From Anaerolineae bacterium (GTDB lineage Bacteria > Chloroflexota > Anaerolineae > Anaerolineales > E44-bin32): 64,000 nucleotides of DNA. The stretch covers positions 4,151 through 68,150 of the forward strand of contig DUEZ01000065.1 in NCBI GenBank assembly GCA_011174825.1, in the 5' to 3' direction. Numbering within the stretch: the first letter of the stretch is position 1; the number at the start of each line of letters is the position of its first letter. Below, one piece after another: positions 19,760 to 29,260 of this stretch. The position numbers and the translations under genes were made by a program. The notes under the pieces are model-generated. The model worked only from the letters and a program-made list of their open reading frames with translations. It made no database searches and was not told the DNA's origin.

Positions 19760-20155
19760 CTTCTCCTCCTTCTTGTCCTCAAGTTCTTGATAGCGGGTCG
19801 GATCTCTTACTCCCATTCCTGCCCTCCTCTAACTCGGTCGGAGACGATTTTCTCCTTGAGGTGCGGCTTTTCATCCCTTGCACTATCAACCTTGGTGGAT
19901 AGATTTCTAAGGGATGTGTCGTTAGAATGAAGTCGTCAGCTCGCTTTGAAACCACATTCTTAGCCACGTTTATTGACAATTGCTAGATGCAATTCTCAAA
20001 CTCCGATAGCGTATCAGTGTCCAATCGCGAACTGATCTCATGGACACCAGGTTCAACGCTTCCGCTCTATTTCCTCTTGGCCTCCTTCCTTTTTGGTCTA
20101 TGAAAACGGTCAAATTTCACGGTTGAGTTGATACAATCTTGGCCAATTTTGATAT

Positions 20156-21514
20156 CTATTTGTAGGCGCCGTATTCCTTGGTGGTATCAACCATCGCCTT
20201 AACATTTTCCGGCTTAGCTTGGTCAAAGAATGCCCCATTGCATACGATCAAGCCACCGTCTGTGCCTGCATCATCTACCACCTTCTTGACATAGTCCTCC
20301 ATCTGTTGGGGTGTGCCCAAATTCAACAATGCGGAGGGCACGTTTCCAAGGAGACAGGCGTTCTTACCCAGTGTTGCCTTGACATCAGCCATGTCCGTCA
20401 GATCGATCATCCAGAGGGTCTTGCCCTTCGGTAGATCTTGGACCACTTCGAGGCGTGTGCTATAGCCACCCTCGGCAGCAGGGAGTGGCACGCATCCTCC
20501 CTCGATCAAGCCAAGCAGGACCTTCTCAAGCGTAGGCCAGTAGAATTTCTTGAACTGCTCGTCGGAGAGGAAACCGTCAGCACCTTTGTGCAGGGGGATG
20601 AAAATGAGCGGTTTTTGGTTCATTTCTGCCGCACCAATCCCCATGTTAATCATGAGCGGTGTGATTGCCTCCATGGCTTCGAGGAGCTTGTCAGGCTGCC
20701 GGTAGATATCCAGCATGACCCCTTTCGTACCTCGCAATGTGTCGCCGATGACATCAAAGGGAGCTTTGGTGAATCCGCCAAGGAGATTTGGATATCCCAA
20801 AGTTGCTAGTTCGGCGTCGGCACCACCCATTGCACCTGCCCATTTCAGCGCCTCTCCGCCGGCTTCAAAAAGTGCCTGATAGGTACTCTGAACTGGAGGT
20901 AAGCCAAAGGGGATGAAGTTAAAAGCGACCCCGTACATTTCGAGAATGCCTGGGAGAAATGGGAGCATCGGGAAGCCTCCCAACGATCCGAACACGCGCG
21001 GCAAATAAACACTAGAGAAGAAGCCTGAAGGATCCTGAATCAAGGCGTCATACTCATCCGCCATCATGTACTCGCCTTCATTACACTGGTAGCTGTGTTC
21101 AGGCGCGACGCCATGACCTGGCCAGGAGTAAAGCTTGTAGTCCATGATCTCAAAGAACTTCCCTGGACCTGGTGCAGCGGCACCCCAATGCACATCAAGA
21201 TCAAAGTCCTTGACGAATTTCTTAAAGGCCTTAGTGCATTTGCCATAGTCATACATGGCTTCTTGAATCGTCATCCCGGCATTTGTCCAAGGGAACATGC
21301 TAGGAAATATCGTGACCGGCACCCTGTCCGGCAGCTTCTTCATCTGGATGGCATCTTTAAACCGAAATATTCTTTTCTTGAATCCATTCTCGGCTTCTGG
21401 GCTCTGGAAAGGAAGGGGGTTCCCATCAGGACCTTTTGGCGTTAACACCGCTTCCCACAACCCCTCCTGTACTTCTTCTGGTGATAGTTGTTTTTCCAAT
21501 CTTACGGCCTCCAT
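20156..21514 (-). CDS. Uroporphyrinogen-decarboxylase (URO-D) family methyltransferase, candidate substrate:corrinoid methyltransferase (MT-I), paralog A
   Basis: The 452-aa ORF aligns end to end with 22041-23384. It sits with corrinoid proteins and a pterin-binding methyltransferase. An alternative TTG start 5 codons in follows a GGAGG. Confidence 0.7.
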   Translation of the reverse strand: MEAVRLEKQLSPEEVQEGLWEAVLTPKGPDGNPLPFQSPEAENGFKKRIFRFKDAIQMKKLPDRVPVTIFPSMFPWTNAGMTIQEAMYDYGKCTKAFKKFVKDFDLDVHWGAAAPGPGKFFEIMDYKLYSWPGHGVAPEHSYQCNEGEYMMADEYDALIQDPSGFFSSVYLPRVFGSLGGFPMLPFLPGILEMYGVAFNFIPFGLPPVQSTYQALFEAGGEALKWAGAMGGADAELATLGYPNLLGGFTKAPFDVIGDTLRGTKGVMLDIYRQPDKLLEAMEAITPLMINMGIGAAEMNQKPLIFIPLHKGADGFLSDEQFKKFYWPTLEKVLLGLIEGGCVPLPAAEGGYSTRLEVVQDLPKGKTLWMIDLTDMADVKATLGKNACLLGNVPSALLNLGTPQQMEDYVKKVVDDAGTDGGLIVCNGAFFDQAKPENVKAMVDTTKEYGAYK

Positions 21515-21532
21515 CTTCTCTGCTGAGCTTCC

Positions 21533-21745
21533 TTACTTGGCGGCGGTCCATTTATTAGCGAGTGATACGCCAGCCATGGCGTGCAGAGTTTCTGAGGTTG
21601 TGTCATCAAGGATGGTGCCATCGGTAAGGATAAGGCCGCTAATCTGGGTTTTGTCCCTAAGTAGTTGTTTACTGTAATTCTCAATCTCCTTTGGCGTCTC
21701 GGCTTTCAACAACGAACCAAGCACCTTGCCTACAAAGTAAGCCAA
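21533..21745 (-). pseudogene. Chimeric gene scar: URO-D-type C-terminal fragment fused to the last ~16 codons of a corrinoid-protein gene
   Basis: The tail HAMAGVSLANKWTAAK* matches DAMAGVSLAKKWTGAK* of 23403-24035. Positions 21502-21545 are near-identical to 23372-23415. The upstream part (TPKEIENYSKQLLRDKTQISGLILTDG) resembles the MT C-terminus (TPEEVREYSKKLIDTAGKNGGFILSNG). Confidence 0.5.
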
Positions 21746-22040
21746 ACTTCCAAGTTTCCTCTAGACTTCCTTCATACTCATCATGGTCAAACGTCCGTAT
21801 CGTGGTGACGCGGGTAAATCCGGCTCTGTAATGATATCCAAACTCTGATGAAGATCGCCCATCCCATCCAAGAAGGGGCACAATATCCATATCGATCAAA
21901 TTCAGGAGAATGTTCTGTCAAGGGAGCTCGTAGAGTTTCCCTAATGGATCGTCAGAAATTAATCTCTCCGCTCTCAGATATCAAGTCCCTCCTTCGTTAC
22001 TACAACCTCAGCTAATTTGAGGAAATTATTTGTATACGCC

Positions 22041-23384
22041 TTATTCCTTGGCGGCATCGACCATCGCCTTGACATTTTCCGGCTTTGCATGATCAAAGAA
22101 CGCCCCATTGCTCAAGATGAAACCACCGTTTTTACCGGCTGTATCGATGAGTTTCTTGGAGTACTCTCTCACTTCCTCGGGTGTACTCAAAGCCAACATA
22201 GACGAGGATACATTGCCGAGTAGGCAGGCATTCTTACCCAGGGTTTCCTTAGCCTTTCCTATATCCGACTGGTCGACCATCCACACAGTCGTGCCTTTGG
22301 GCACGTCTTGAATGACTTTCAGCCGCGTATTCCAGAACCCCTCAAGCGCAGGAAATGGTACGCACCCTGCATCGATTAAGCCCATCATGACTTTCCTAAA
22401 TGTGGGCCAATAGAATTTCTCGAACTGCTCATCGGAGAGGAAGCCATCTGCACCTTTATGCAGGGGAAAGAACACAATTGGTTTTGCGTTCATTTGTGCT
22501 GCGCCCACCCCCATGTTGATCATGAGGGGCGTAAGGGCTTCCATCGCTTCAATAAGCTTGTCCGGCCGTCGGTAGATATCCAACATGATCCCTTTGGTGC
22601 CTCTGAGGGTGTCCCCAATGACATCAAACGGCGCCTTGGTGAATCCGGCCAGGAGCTGAGGATATCCTAACGAGACCAACTCGGCTTCGAGGCCACCCAC
22701 GGCTCCTGCCCATTTCAGAGCTTCAGCCCCGGCCTCAAAAAGGGCCTTGTAGGCGGATTGAACGGGAGGTAGACCAAAGGGGATAAAACTAAAGGCAACC
22801 CCGTATATTTCGAGGATGCCAGGGAGAAATGGTAGCATACCCCAGGGCTCCAATGCTCCGAATACACGAGGTAGGTAGACATTAGAGAAGAAACCCGATG
22901 GATCAGCAATAAGGGCATCATACTCATCCGCCCTCATGTATTCGCCTTCATTGCACTGGAAGCTATATTCAGGCTTAACTCCATGGCCCGGCCATGAATA
23001 TAGCTTGTAATCGAGAATCTCGAAGAACTTACCGGGGCCGAATTGTGCAGCTCCCATGTGCGTATCCGGTTCGAATTCCAGGATAAATTTCCTAAAAGCC
23101 GTGACAATTTTATCGTAGTCATACATGGACTCTTCAACGGTTATCCCGTCATAAGTAGCAGGCCACATGCTCGGAAATATGACGACTGGCACCCTATCGG
23201 GTAATTTCTTCATCTGAATGGCATCTTTTATCCTGGTTACTCTTTCCTTGTACGACTTTTCGGCTTCCGGGCTTTGAAATTTAAAGTCATTCCCTTCGGG
23301 GTCTTTCGGCGAAAGCCATTTCTGGAACAGCGCCTCCTGCTTCTCTTCTGGTGATAGTTGTTTTTCCATTTTTACGACCTCCAT
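22041..23384 (-). CDS. URO-D family methyltransferase, candidate MT-I, paralog B
   Basis: The 447-aa ORF is a paralog of 20156-21514. It ends 5 codons earlier because a TAA replaces the TAC seen in paralog A (..AKE* versus ..TKEYGAYK*). Confidence 0.7.
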   Translation of the reverse strand: MEVVKMEKQLSPEEKQEALFQKWLSPKDPEGNDFKFQSPEAEKSYKERVTRIKDAIQMKKLPDRVPVVIFPSMWPATYDGITVEESMYDYDKIVTAFRKFILEFEPDTHMGAAQFGPGKFFEILDYKLYSWPGHGVKPEYSFQCNEGEYMRADEYDALIADPSGFFSNVYLPRVFGALEPWGMLPFLPGILEIYGVAFSFIPFGLPPVQSAYKALFEAGAEALKWAGAVGGLEAELVSLGYPQLLAGFTKAPFDVIGDTLRGTKGIMLDIYRRPDKLIEAMEALTPLMINMGVGAAQMNAKPIVFFPLHKGADGFLSDEQFEKFYWPTFRKVMMGLIDAGCVPFPALEGFWNTRLKVIQDVPKGTTVWMVDQSDIGKAKETLGKNACLLGNVSSSMLALSTPEEVREYSKKLIDTAGKNGGFILSNGAFFDHAKPENVKAMVDAAKE

Positions 23385-23402
23385 CTTCTCTGCTGAGCTT
23401 CC

Positions 23403-24035
23403 TTACTTGGCGCCGGTCCACTTTTTCGCGAGGGAAACCCCGGCCATGGCATCCTTGCCGTAGGCATCCGCGCCAGCATACTCGCTGATCTCATCGTTTA
23501 CCTGACCACCGCCAACCATGATATGGACGTCGTCCCGCAGTCCTGCTTCTGCAATGGCCGCGGTTGTTTCCTTCATGGCATCGAATGCCAGAGTCAGGAA
23601 TCCACTCAAAGCAACAACCTGGGGCTTGAATTTCCTGATTGCTTCTACAAACTTCTGGGGGGGTACATCAACACCCAAGTCGCGGACTTCGAATCCGTTG
23701 ACATCGAGCATAAAGGTGACGATGTTCTTTCCAATGTCGTGTATGTCCCCCTCCACGGTACCGATGAGCACCTTTCCAAAACGCTTCACCTCCGGCATCT
23801 TGGCTAATTCAGGTCTTATCATTTCCGTGATCTGGGCCATCATCTCCCCAGCCAACATCAGTTCGGGCAAAAAGTAGTCACCCTTCTCAAAGCGCTGGCC
23901 GACGATGTCCATGGCTTCCCTGGCTGCATCCAGGATCGCTGTGGGCTCCGATCCGTCTTCTACCATCTTCTTGACAAGATTGAGGGCCTCTTCCTCTTTC
24001 ATGTCAGCGATGGCATTGACAAGCTTTTTTGACAT
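23403..24035 (-). CDS. Corrinoid (cobalamin-binding) protein, MtaC/MtbC/MtvC-like
   Basis: The 210-aa ORF has an N-terminal helical cap. It has the B12-binding motif DIHDIGKN (DxHxxG), then SGFLT (SxL), then VGGG. Confidence 0.9.
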   Translation of the reverse strand: MSKKLVNAIADMKEEEALNLVKKMVEDGSEPTAILDAAREAMDIVGQRFEKGDYFLPELMLAGEMMAQITEMIRPELAKMPEVKRFGKVLIGTVEGDIHDIGKNIVTFMLDVNGFEVRDLGVDVPPQKFVEAIRKFKPQVVALSGFLTLAFDAMKETTAAIAEAGLRDDVHIMVGGGQVNDEISEYAGADAYGKDAMAGVSLAKKWTGAK

Positions 24036-24187
24036 AGCATCCTCCTCTCAAGGATTGAATGTAGGGTTCTTGCCTTTGACCGTTAGAGCAAGTCAATCGA
24101 TAGTCTCCTCCTCCCAAAGGCCATGCGAGAGGTTTATGATCCCAACCAATGAGACCCATCCCCCCTTAAATTGACGTTTACCATTAA

Positions 24188-25000
24188 CTAGCTGTCACTC
24201 TCCATTCCATTGAACAGCCCGGCACGATACGCGCGAGTGTAGTCAAGACAATGACGATCATGCCCCAGGATCAACCTGGCAGTGACCAGTGCAGCTCTCA
24301 ATTCGCGATCAAGTGGGTCGAGAATGGCACTGTCCAGACCGGCAGCCAGCGCCAAGATTAAAAAAGCCCGGTTGATGTACGATCGGGCGGGTAGTCCAAA
24401 GGAGATGTTGCTCAACCCCATGATCAAATGCGTTTTAGGATATTCCTGGCGGATAGCATGCATGGTGTCCAAGGTGATCATGGCACTGTCGGTGTTGGTA
24501 GCCAGGGTCATGGTAAGGGGATCGATGTACATGTCATCATCTGGAACAGCATGGGTCCGGGCTATCTCCATAAGCTTATGGACGACCTCCATGCGCCGTT
24601 CACAGGTCTCGGGGATCCCTGAGTCATCCAAAGCCAGGGCGATGGTCGGACAACCATGTTTGGCTACCAATGGCAGGATACCCTCCAGCCGTTGCGGTTC
24701 TCCGCTGATCGAATTGATCATCGGCGTCCGTTCGACAACTTGGATGGCCGCCGCCAGAGCTTGCGGGTTGGCACTATCCAGACAGAGTGGTACATCTATA
24801 ACAGACTGGATTGTTTCAACCAGCCAGATCAGATCGTCTGGCTCCTTGCTCCGACGCGTACCGGCATTGACGTCCAGCCAGGCTACACCGGCTTCTGCCT
24901 GCTTGGCGGCTAAATCTTGGATGAAGATAGAATCACGCTCTTCAATCGCTTGAGCCACGCGCTGACGCGTACCGTTGATCTTCTCACCGATGATTCTCAT
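24188..25000 (-). CDS. Pterin-binding (MeTr/AcsE/MetH-like) methylcorrinoid:tetrahydrofolate methyltransferase (MT-II)
   Basis: It has the dihydropteroate-synthase-like TIM barrel motifs IGEKINGT, LDVNAG, CLDSANP, INSISG and MGLSNISFGLP. I prefer the ATG at 25000 (MRIIGEKING), which gives a 17-nt overlap with the DUF1638 gene stop. Confidence 0.8.
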   Translation of the reverse strand: MRIIGEKINGTRQRVAQAIEERDSIFIQDLAAKQAEAGVAWLDVNAGTRRSKEPDDLIWLVETIQSVIDVPLCLDSANPQALAAAIQVVERTPMINSISGEPQRLEGILPLVAKHGCPTIALALDDSGIPETCERRMEVVHKLMEIARTHAVPDDDMYIDPLTMTLATNTDSAMITLDTMHAIRQEYPKTHLIMGLSNISFGLPARSYINRAFLILALAAGLDSAILDPLDRELRAALVTARLILGHDRHCLDYTRAYRAGLFNGMESDS

Positions 25001-25697
25001 GTTTTCTTGTATTTCTCTTGAAATCCATGTACGTGATGGTCTCACCGGGGTGAGCGACGACGAATTCATCATCCCAAGGACCGTGCAACAGTTTTTTGAT
25101 CAGGGTATTCGAACCAGGGATCTCTTCATAGCGTAAATTAAATTGCTTCGCCGTACATCGGCAGTAATCGCGATAGCGGTCTAACTCATATTGGCCGGTG
25201 TTGATGAGCGCTAGGCGGGTATAGTTATTGAGAAGCTTGCCCATCAGATAGCGGGCTTTATCCTCGCCGTACTGCTCCACCATGTCGTCATACTCACCAA
25301 ATGGACTATCTCCGGCTTCGATCCAGCCCTTGGTCATGTAGTAAGTGCCCGGCGCGGCGCGATGCTGTGCCTTATATGCCTGCTCTGAGCCCAAAAAGAT
25401 CGCGATACAGTCATCAACTTTGGGCACCACCAACGTACAGCCGTTGGCACGCAAGCCGACAACTGCTTGGGAACAAAGGCCGTAGCCCAAGAGAATCGTA
25501 TCGGCTGAAGTCGCTGAGGCGTCGATGGTTTCTTGCAGGGCGCCCCTCAATACTTCAGGGTTGACATGCAGGCCAAAGTCCAGAACGCAGGTTTCTACGT
25601 CCTTGGGCAGATGCGCTAGCATCTCCTCGATCACCGTCGCGCAGGCGATGACCTTGGTGCGTCTAAATTGTTCCGAATCCGGTCCTTCTGACCCCAT
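24984..25697 (-). CDS. DUF1638-like protein (function unknown, recurrently linked to corrinoid methyltransferase loci)
   Basis: The 237-aa ORF shows the pattern VIAC..V.EE....LP......LDFGLH..P..L...LQ..ID.....D.ILLGYGLC......L......LVVP...DCIAIFLGS..Y......PGTYYMTKGW. This matches my memory of the family; I have not checked it against a database. Confidence 0.6.
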   Translation of the reverse strand: MGSEGPDSEQFRRTKVIACATVIEEMLAHLPKDVETCVLDFGLHVNPEVLRGALQETIDASATSADTILLGYGLCSQAVVGLRANGCTLVVPKVDDCIAIFLGSEQAYKAQHRAAPGTYYMTKGWIEAGDSPFGEYDDMVEQYGEDKARYLMGKLLNNYTRLALINTGQYELDRYRDYCRCTAKQFNLRYEEIPGSNTLIKKLLHGPWDDEFVVAHPGETITYMDFKRNTRKHENHR

Positions 25698-25776
25698 TTA
25701 ATGACCCATGGCGCGCACCAAAAGCATTATATACTTATATAGGGAAGCAGTCAAATTTAAGCAAACTACGATTCGT

Positions 25777-25805
25777 TTGACAATATAGATTGGGTTATAT
25801 ATAGT
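25777..25805 (+). promoter_or_regulatory. Sigma-70-type promoter for the GntR-corrinoid protein unit
   Basis: TTGACA (25777-25782), a 17-nt spacer, then TATAGT (25800-25805), about 30 nt upstream of the TTG start at 25838. Confidence 0.5.
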
Positions 25806-25837
25806 TATAGAGAAAATCCACGTTAGGGTGATCACAC

Positions 25838-26584
25838 TTGGTCGACGACCAAAATATTACTATTGATCGTGAATCATACGAACCGGCCTACGCCCAATTG
25901 GTACGCATCCTCACAGGACAGATCGCAGCTGGGGTGTTCCGCCCTGGCGACCGCCTACCTTCAGAAGCCCAACTCTGCGAACGCTATGGCGTTAGCCCTA
26001 TGACCGTACGTCGCGTCGTCAATATCCTCGCGGATCAAGGCTTGGTGACCACCGAACGCGGGCGCGGTACCTTCGTTAGACCGCTTGAACTGAGTACAGC
26101 TACATTTGATCTGGGTAGACTTCAGCAACTCTTTCGTGACGGAGACCAATCCACGGTCAAACTTCTGGAGGCGCGCATCACTTCAGCCACTGAGCGTGCG
26201 GCTCGCAAGCTGGCCATCGAAATCGGGGATCGGACTGTATTTATCCGACGTCTGATCTTCCAGGGCGATGAGCCCATGCTGTTACATCGCGAACACGTGA
26301 TCTACGACCCCAGCCGCCCGATTGTCGAAGCGGAGATGGAGGCCACCACCCTACGAGGCCTCTTCAGTGGAGGTGGCGGATCAGATCTAAAGCGAGGGGA
26401 CCTCACCATTGAGACTACTTTACTCACCGAAGAAGAAGCCGCGCTACTCCAATCAGAAACCGGTGTCCCAGCCTTTCGCCTGGAGCATATTTTCTATGAC
26501 TTTGATGACCAACCCGTCAGTTGGGGTTGGTTTATCTGCTCCGGTGACCGTCTCCGCTTCACTGCCAACATAGGCATCCCCTGA
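25838..26584 (+). CDS. GntR-family (HutC-like, UTRA effector domain) transcriptional regulator
   Basis: It has the N-terminal wHTH LPSEAQLCERYGVSPMTVRRVVNILADQGLVTTERGRGTFV and a C-terminal UTRA-like domain. Confidence 0.85.
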   Translation: MVDDQNITIDRESYEPAYAQLVRILTGQIAAGVFRPGDRLPSEAQLCERYGVSPMTVRRVVNILADQGLVTTERGRGTFVRPLELSTATFDLGRLQQLFRDGDQSTVKLLEARITSATERAARKLAIEIGDRTVFIRRLIFQGDEPMLLHREHVIYDPSRPIVEAEMEATTLRGLFSGGGGSDLKRGDLTIETTLLTEEEAALLQSETGVPAFRLEHIFYDFDDQPVSWGWFICSGDRLRFTANIGIP

Positions 26585-26600
26585 AGGAGACAGGCCATCC

Positions 26601-27260
26601 ATGAATAACACGGACACGAGTACGACATTGATCGATGCTATCGCCGATCTCCAAGAGGAGACCGCCCTGGCCCTCGTTCGTCAGCGATTGGATGCCAGCG
26701 ACGACTCTTTATTGATCATCGAAGACTGTCAAGAAGGTATGCGTCAAGTAGGTGAACGCTATGAACGACACGAATACTATCTCGCTGGGCTGATCATGGC
26801 AGGTGAGATCTTCAGCCAGGTGATGGAGCTACTCCAGCCCATCGTAGAACGCCAGGTTTCCGGTCAGGCTTCAGGACGCATCCTACTTGGTACGGTAGAA
26901 GGCGACATCCACGATCTGGGCAAGAACATCGTTAACATGCTTTTGAGCTGTCATAATTTCGTCGTCCATGACCTCGGGGTAGACGTGGCGCCCACTACCT
27001 TCGCCAAGAAAGCCGCTCAGGTACAACCGCACCTCGTAGGCCTATCTGGCCTGCTGACCAGTTCCTATGACTCCATGCACACAACCATCAGCCTCTTACG
27101 AGAGCGAGGATATCAGAAGCCCATTATCATCGGTGGAGGACAGCTCAGCGAGGAGGTCTGTCAGTATGTGGGTGCTGACCATTGGACAACCGATGCCATA
27201 TCAGGTGTGGAACTGTGCAAAAAGCTGATTTCAAAACAAGCGAGAAAGGGTGAAGAGTAA
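26601..27260 (+). CDS. Second corrinoid (cobalamin-binding) protein
   Basis: The 219-aa ORF has DIHDLGKN (DxHxxG), SGLLT and IGGG. Confidence 0.9.
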   Translation: MNNTDTSTTLIDAIADLQEETALALVRQRLDASDDSLLIIEDCQEGMRQVGERYERHEYYLAGLIMAGEIFSQVMELLQPIVERQVSGQASGRILLGTVEGDIHDLGKNIVNMLLSCHNFVVHDLGVDVAPTTFAKKAAQVQPHLVGLSGLLTSSYDSMHTTISLLRERGYQKPIIIGGGQLSEEVCQYVGADHWTTDAISGVELCKKLISKQARKGEE

Positions 27261-27498
27261 AAACGGACCTTGCTCATCATTTCTCATTCTGCGATTCGCT
27301 ATTCATTCCAAGTTGATTTTTCAATGTACTCACAAATCGAAAGTCGTTCAGAAAGCGCCTGTGCGGGCGTTTTGATTTCTGATGGTTTGTCGGTATATCG
27401 CATGAATCCCCACGAATATATGCGTACTGCTGGAAACATACACTCCAACATTCGCTTACGAAACGATCTTATGTATTTAGTGCTAAAGTGTCCTTTAG

Positions 27499-28140
27499 TT
27501 AAAGCCTATTCTCTTCCCGTATCATGTCCCGCAATTTATTGAGATCATCAACAAGATAATCCGCTGAAGATGGACCGCCCCTTAATCCAAACAAGCACGT
27601 CCTGACACCTGATGCCAGTCCAGCTTCAATATCCATGTCACGATCTCCAACGAGAAGCGCCTGCTCTTTATCGATACGATTGCGCTCAATAATCACTTCG
27701 ACCCCTCCAGGATCTGGCTTCATTGGGTATCCGTCATCACCGGCGATGAAATCCGCAAACAGTGCTTCCACCCCATGTGTTCCTAGAAGGTCGATTGTCG
27801 AGGGTCGATCACGATGGGTCACGATGACATTCATCCCTCCAAGTCCGACAATATACTCACAGAGATCTTTGGCGCCTGGCATTAAAACCTGGGTTTCAAG
27901 TGGCATCGCGAGATAATGCCGCCAAAAAGCGTTCTCAACCTCCTCTTCCGTTAAATGAAAATGCGAAGCCAATACAGAAGCGCAATGGCTGAAATTTACT
28001 TTAGTCAAACTCAACACCCATTCTGGATCAGCGGAGTATTGAAAATCGTTAAGGGCTTCGAGAAACGCGTCCGTAAAGGCGGGATAGGTGTCAAACAACG
28101 TGCCGTCCAAATCCCAGATTAGATACTTGATCATGGTCAA
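27499..28140 (-). CDS. HAD-superfamily hydrolase (phosphatase-like, subfamily IA)
   Basis: It has motif I WDLDGTLFDT, motif II VTHR, and motif III-IV K..(V)GDRDMD. Confidence 0.8.
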   Translation of the reverse strand: MTMIKYLIWDLDGTLFDTYPAFTDAFLEALNDFQYSADPEWVLSLTKVNFSHCASVLASHFHLTEEEVENAFWRHYLAMPLETQVLMPGAKDLCEYIVGLGGMNVIVTHRDRPSTIDLLGTHGVEALFADFIAGDDGYPMKPDPGGVEVIIERNRIDKEQALLVGDRDMDIEAGLASGVRTCLFGLRGGPSSADYLVDDLNKLRDMIREENRL

Positions 28141-28435
28141 TTGATATCCTGCACTGCTTGATGTCCAAGAGCCTTGAGCTACTGAAGAGGTCCGGGGAGG
28201 ATGACCACACGCAACTCCTTGGCTTTAGCGGATTATGAGGTAACTAACAAAAAGAATCATAACTCTTGTGAAACCAAAAAGACAAACTTGAAACAGTGAA
28301 TTTATTATCGGGACACTTACCGTGATGATTTAGACCTCCCTAATTATTGGGTGGCCCCATTATCTTTGGGATTCTACATGTGCGACATAATCAGAAATAA
28401 TTGACCCAGACCATAATTGGTGGTCTTGAGATGAT

Positions 28436-28478
28436 AGCTAAAGAAGAGATCGCTAGCATGTTGTATGCTAGCGATCTC
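28436..28478 (-). terminator. Intrinsic terminator downstream of 28516-28962
   Basis: A perfect 14-bp stem (GAGATCGCTAGCAT / ATGCTAGCGATCTC) with a 5-nt loop, followed on the minus strand by TTCTTTAGC. Confidence 0.5.
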
Positions 28479-28515
28479 CGGTTTATTGAAATCTGGTTTG
28501 AAGGACAAATATCGC

Positions 28516-28962
28516 TTACTTTACTGGAACCTCAACACCTATCTTTTGAAGAATACCCATCAAACCACTTCCCTCAACCGATTTAACATGTAAGGATACA
28601 ACTTTATCGCCCTTCACTACCGCCTCGCCCTCCTCTTCAGGATTCGAAAAGGAGATGCCCGTTGCTGGGATGACGCCCAACCCCATTGCGGTAAGATCCA
28701 ATCCACCCGTGTGAGTTCCTGTGAGCCGGGTAGTGGTTCTTACAACATCTCCCTCTATACTATCAATTCGGAAATGGTATTGGATATCTGGAAATGCTCT
28801 CAACATTGATTTTGAGAGTCTCACCCATTGCTTCCCACTCATGGGTTCTGGCACGGGTCCCATAAATTTAAAATCTTCTGACAGGAAAGATTCGACCTTT
28901 TCCCAGTCACCGGAGTTCATCGCCTTGGTAAAAGATTCAGCTATTTCTCGAACACTCATCAC
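28516..28962 (-). CDS. SnoaL-like / NTF2-fold small protein
   Basis: The 148-aa ORF has an N-terminal pattern (REIAESFTKAMNSGDWEKVESFLSEDFKF) typical of SnoaL/ester-cyclase-like NTF2-fold proteins. Confidence 0.5.
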   Translation of the reverse strand: MMSVREIAESFTKAMNSGDWEKVESFLSEDFKFMGPVPEPMSGKQWVRLSKSMLRAFPDIQYHFRIDSIEGDVVRTTTRLTGTHTGGLDLTAMGLGVIPATGISFSNPEEEGEAVVKGDKVVSLHVKSVEGSGLMGILQKIGVEVPVK

Positions 28963-29260
28963 TCGCTCCTCTCTGGATGTGGAAGGATTATGATAGTCCT
29001 TTCGGTATTAGGACTAATATTATCCGATTACTGTCATTAAATCAAGGGAGGAATATGTTGTCTATTCAAGCTACTATGGGAAAGGTAAATGATGGCTTCC
29101 CAAACTTATTCACCAACATTTTCCAGTGCACGATCTATTAAACCCTCTGCCATGGCTATGTATTAGGTCTTTTCCACACTGTTTAGTTGCGCACAATTGT
29201 CTTCACGAGTATCCTTAGATCACGGGTCGACCTTGTTTCTATTCTCAACTGAGTTTTGCC

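Noticed and set aside
21681-21899. 72-aa ORF between the two MT-I paralogs
   Set aside because: It has no RBS and no recognisable similarity, and it lies in the rearranged junk between duplicated units. It is likely non-coding.
5651-25000. Selenocysteine or pyrrolysine recoding in the Mo-enzyme or the methyltransferases
   Set aside because: All of these ORFs are uninterrupted, with no in-frame TGA or TAG needed to complete them. The methyltransferases are URO-D-type, not the Pyl-containing MttB/MtbB/MtmB families.
19817-26600. Cobalamin riboswitch or tRNA/rRNA genes in the intergenic regions
   Set aside because: I recognised no B12-box-like conserved core and no tRNA T-arm/acceptor patterns (GGTTCGAATCC-type hits occur only inside CDSs). 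A covariance-model scan would be needed to be certain.
27270-27542. 90-aa ORF downstream of the second corrinoid protein
   Set aside because: The tract is AT-rich, the composition is unconvincing, and no RBS is present. Its end overlaps the HAD hydrolase gene on the other strand.
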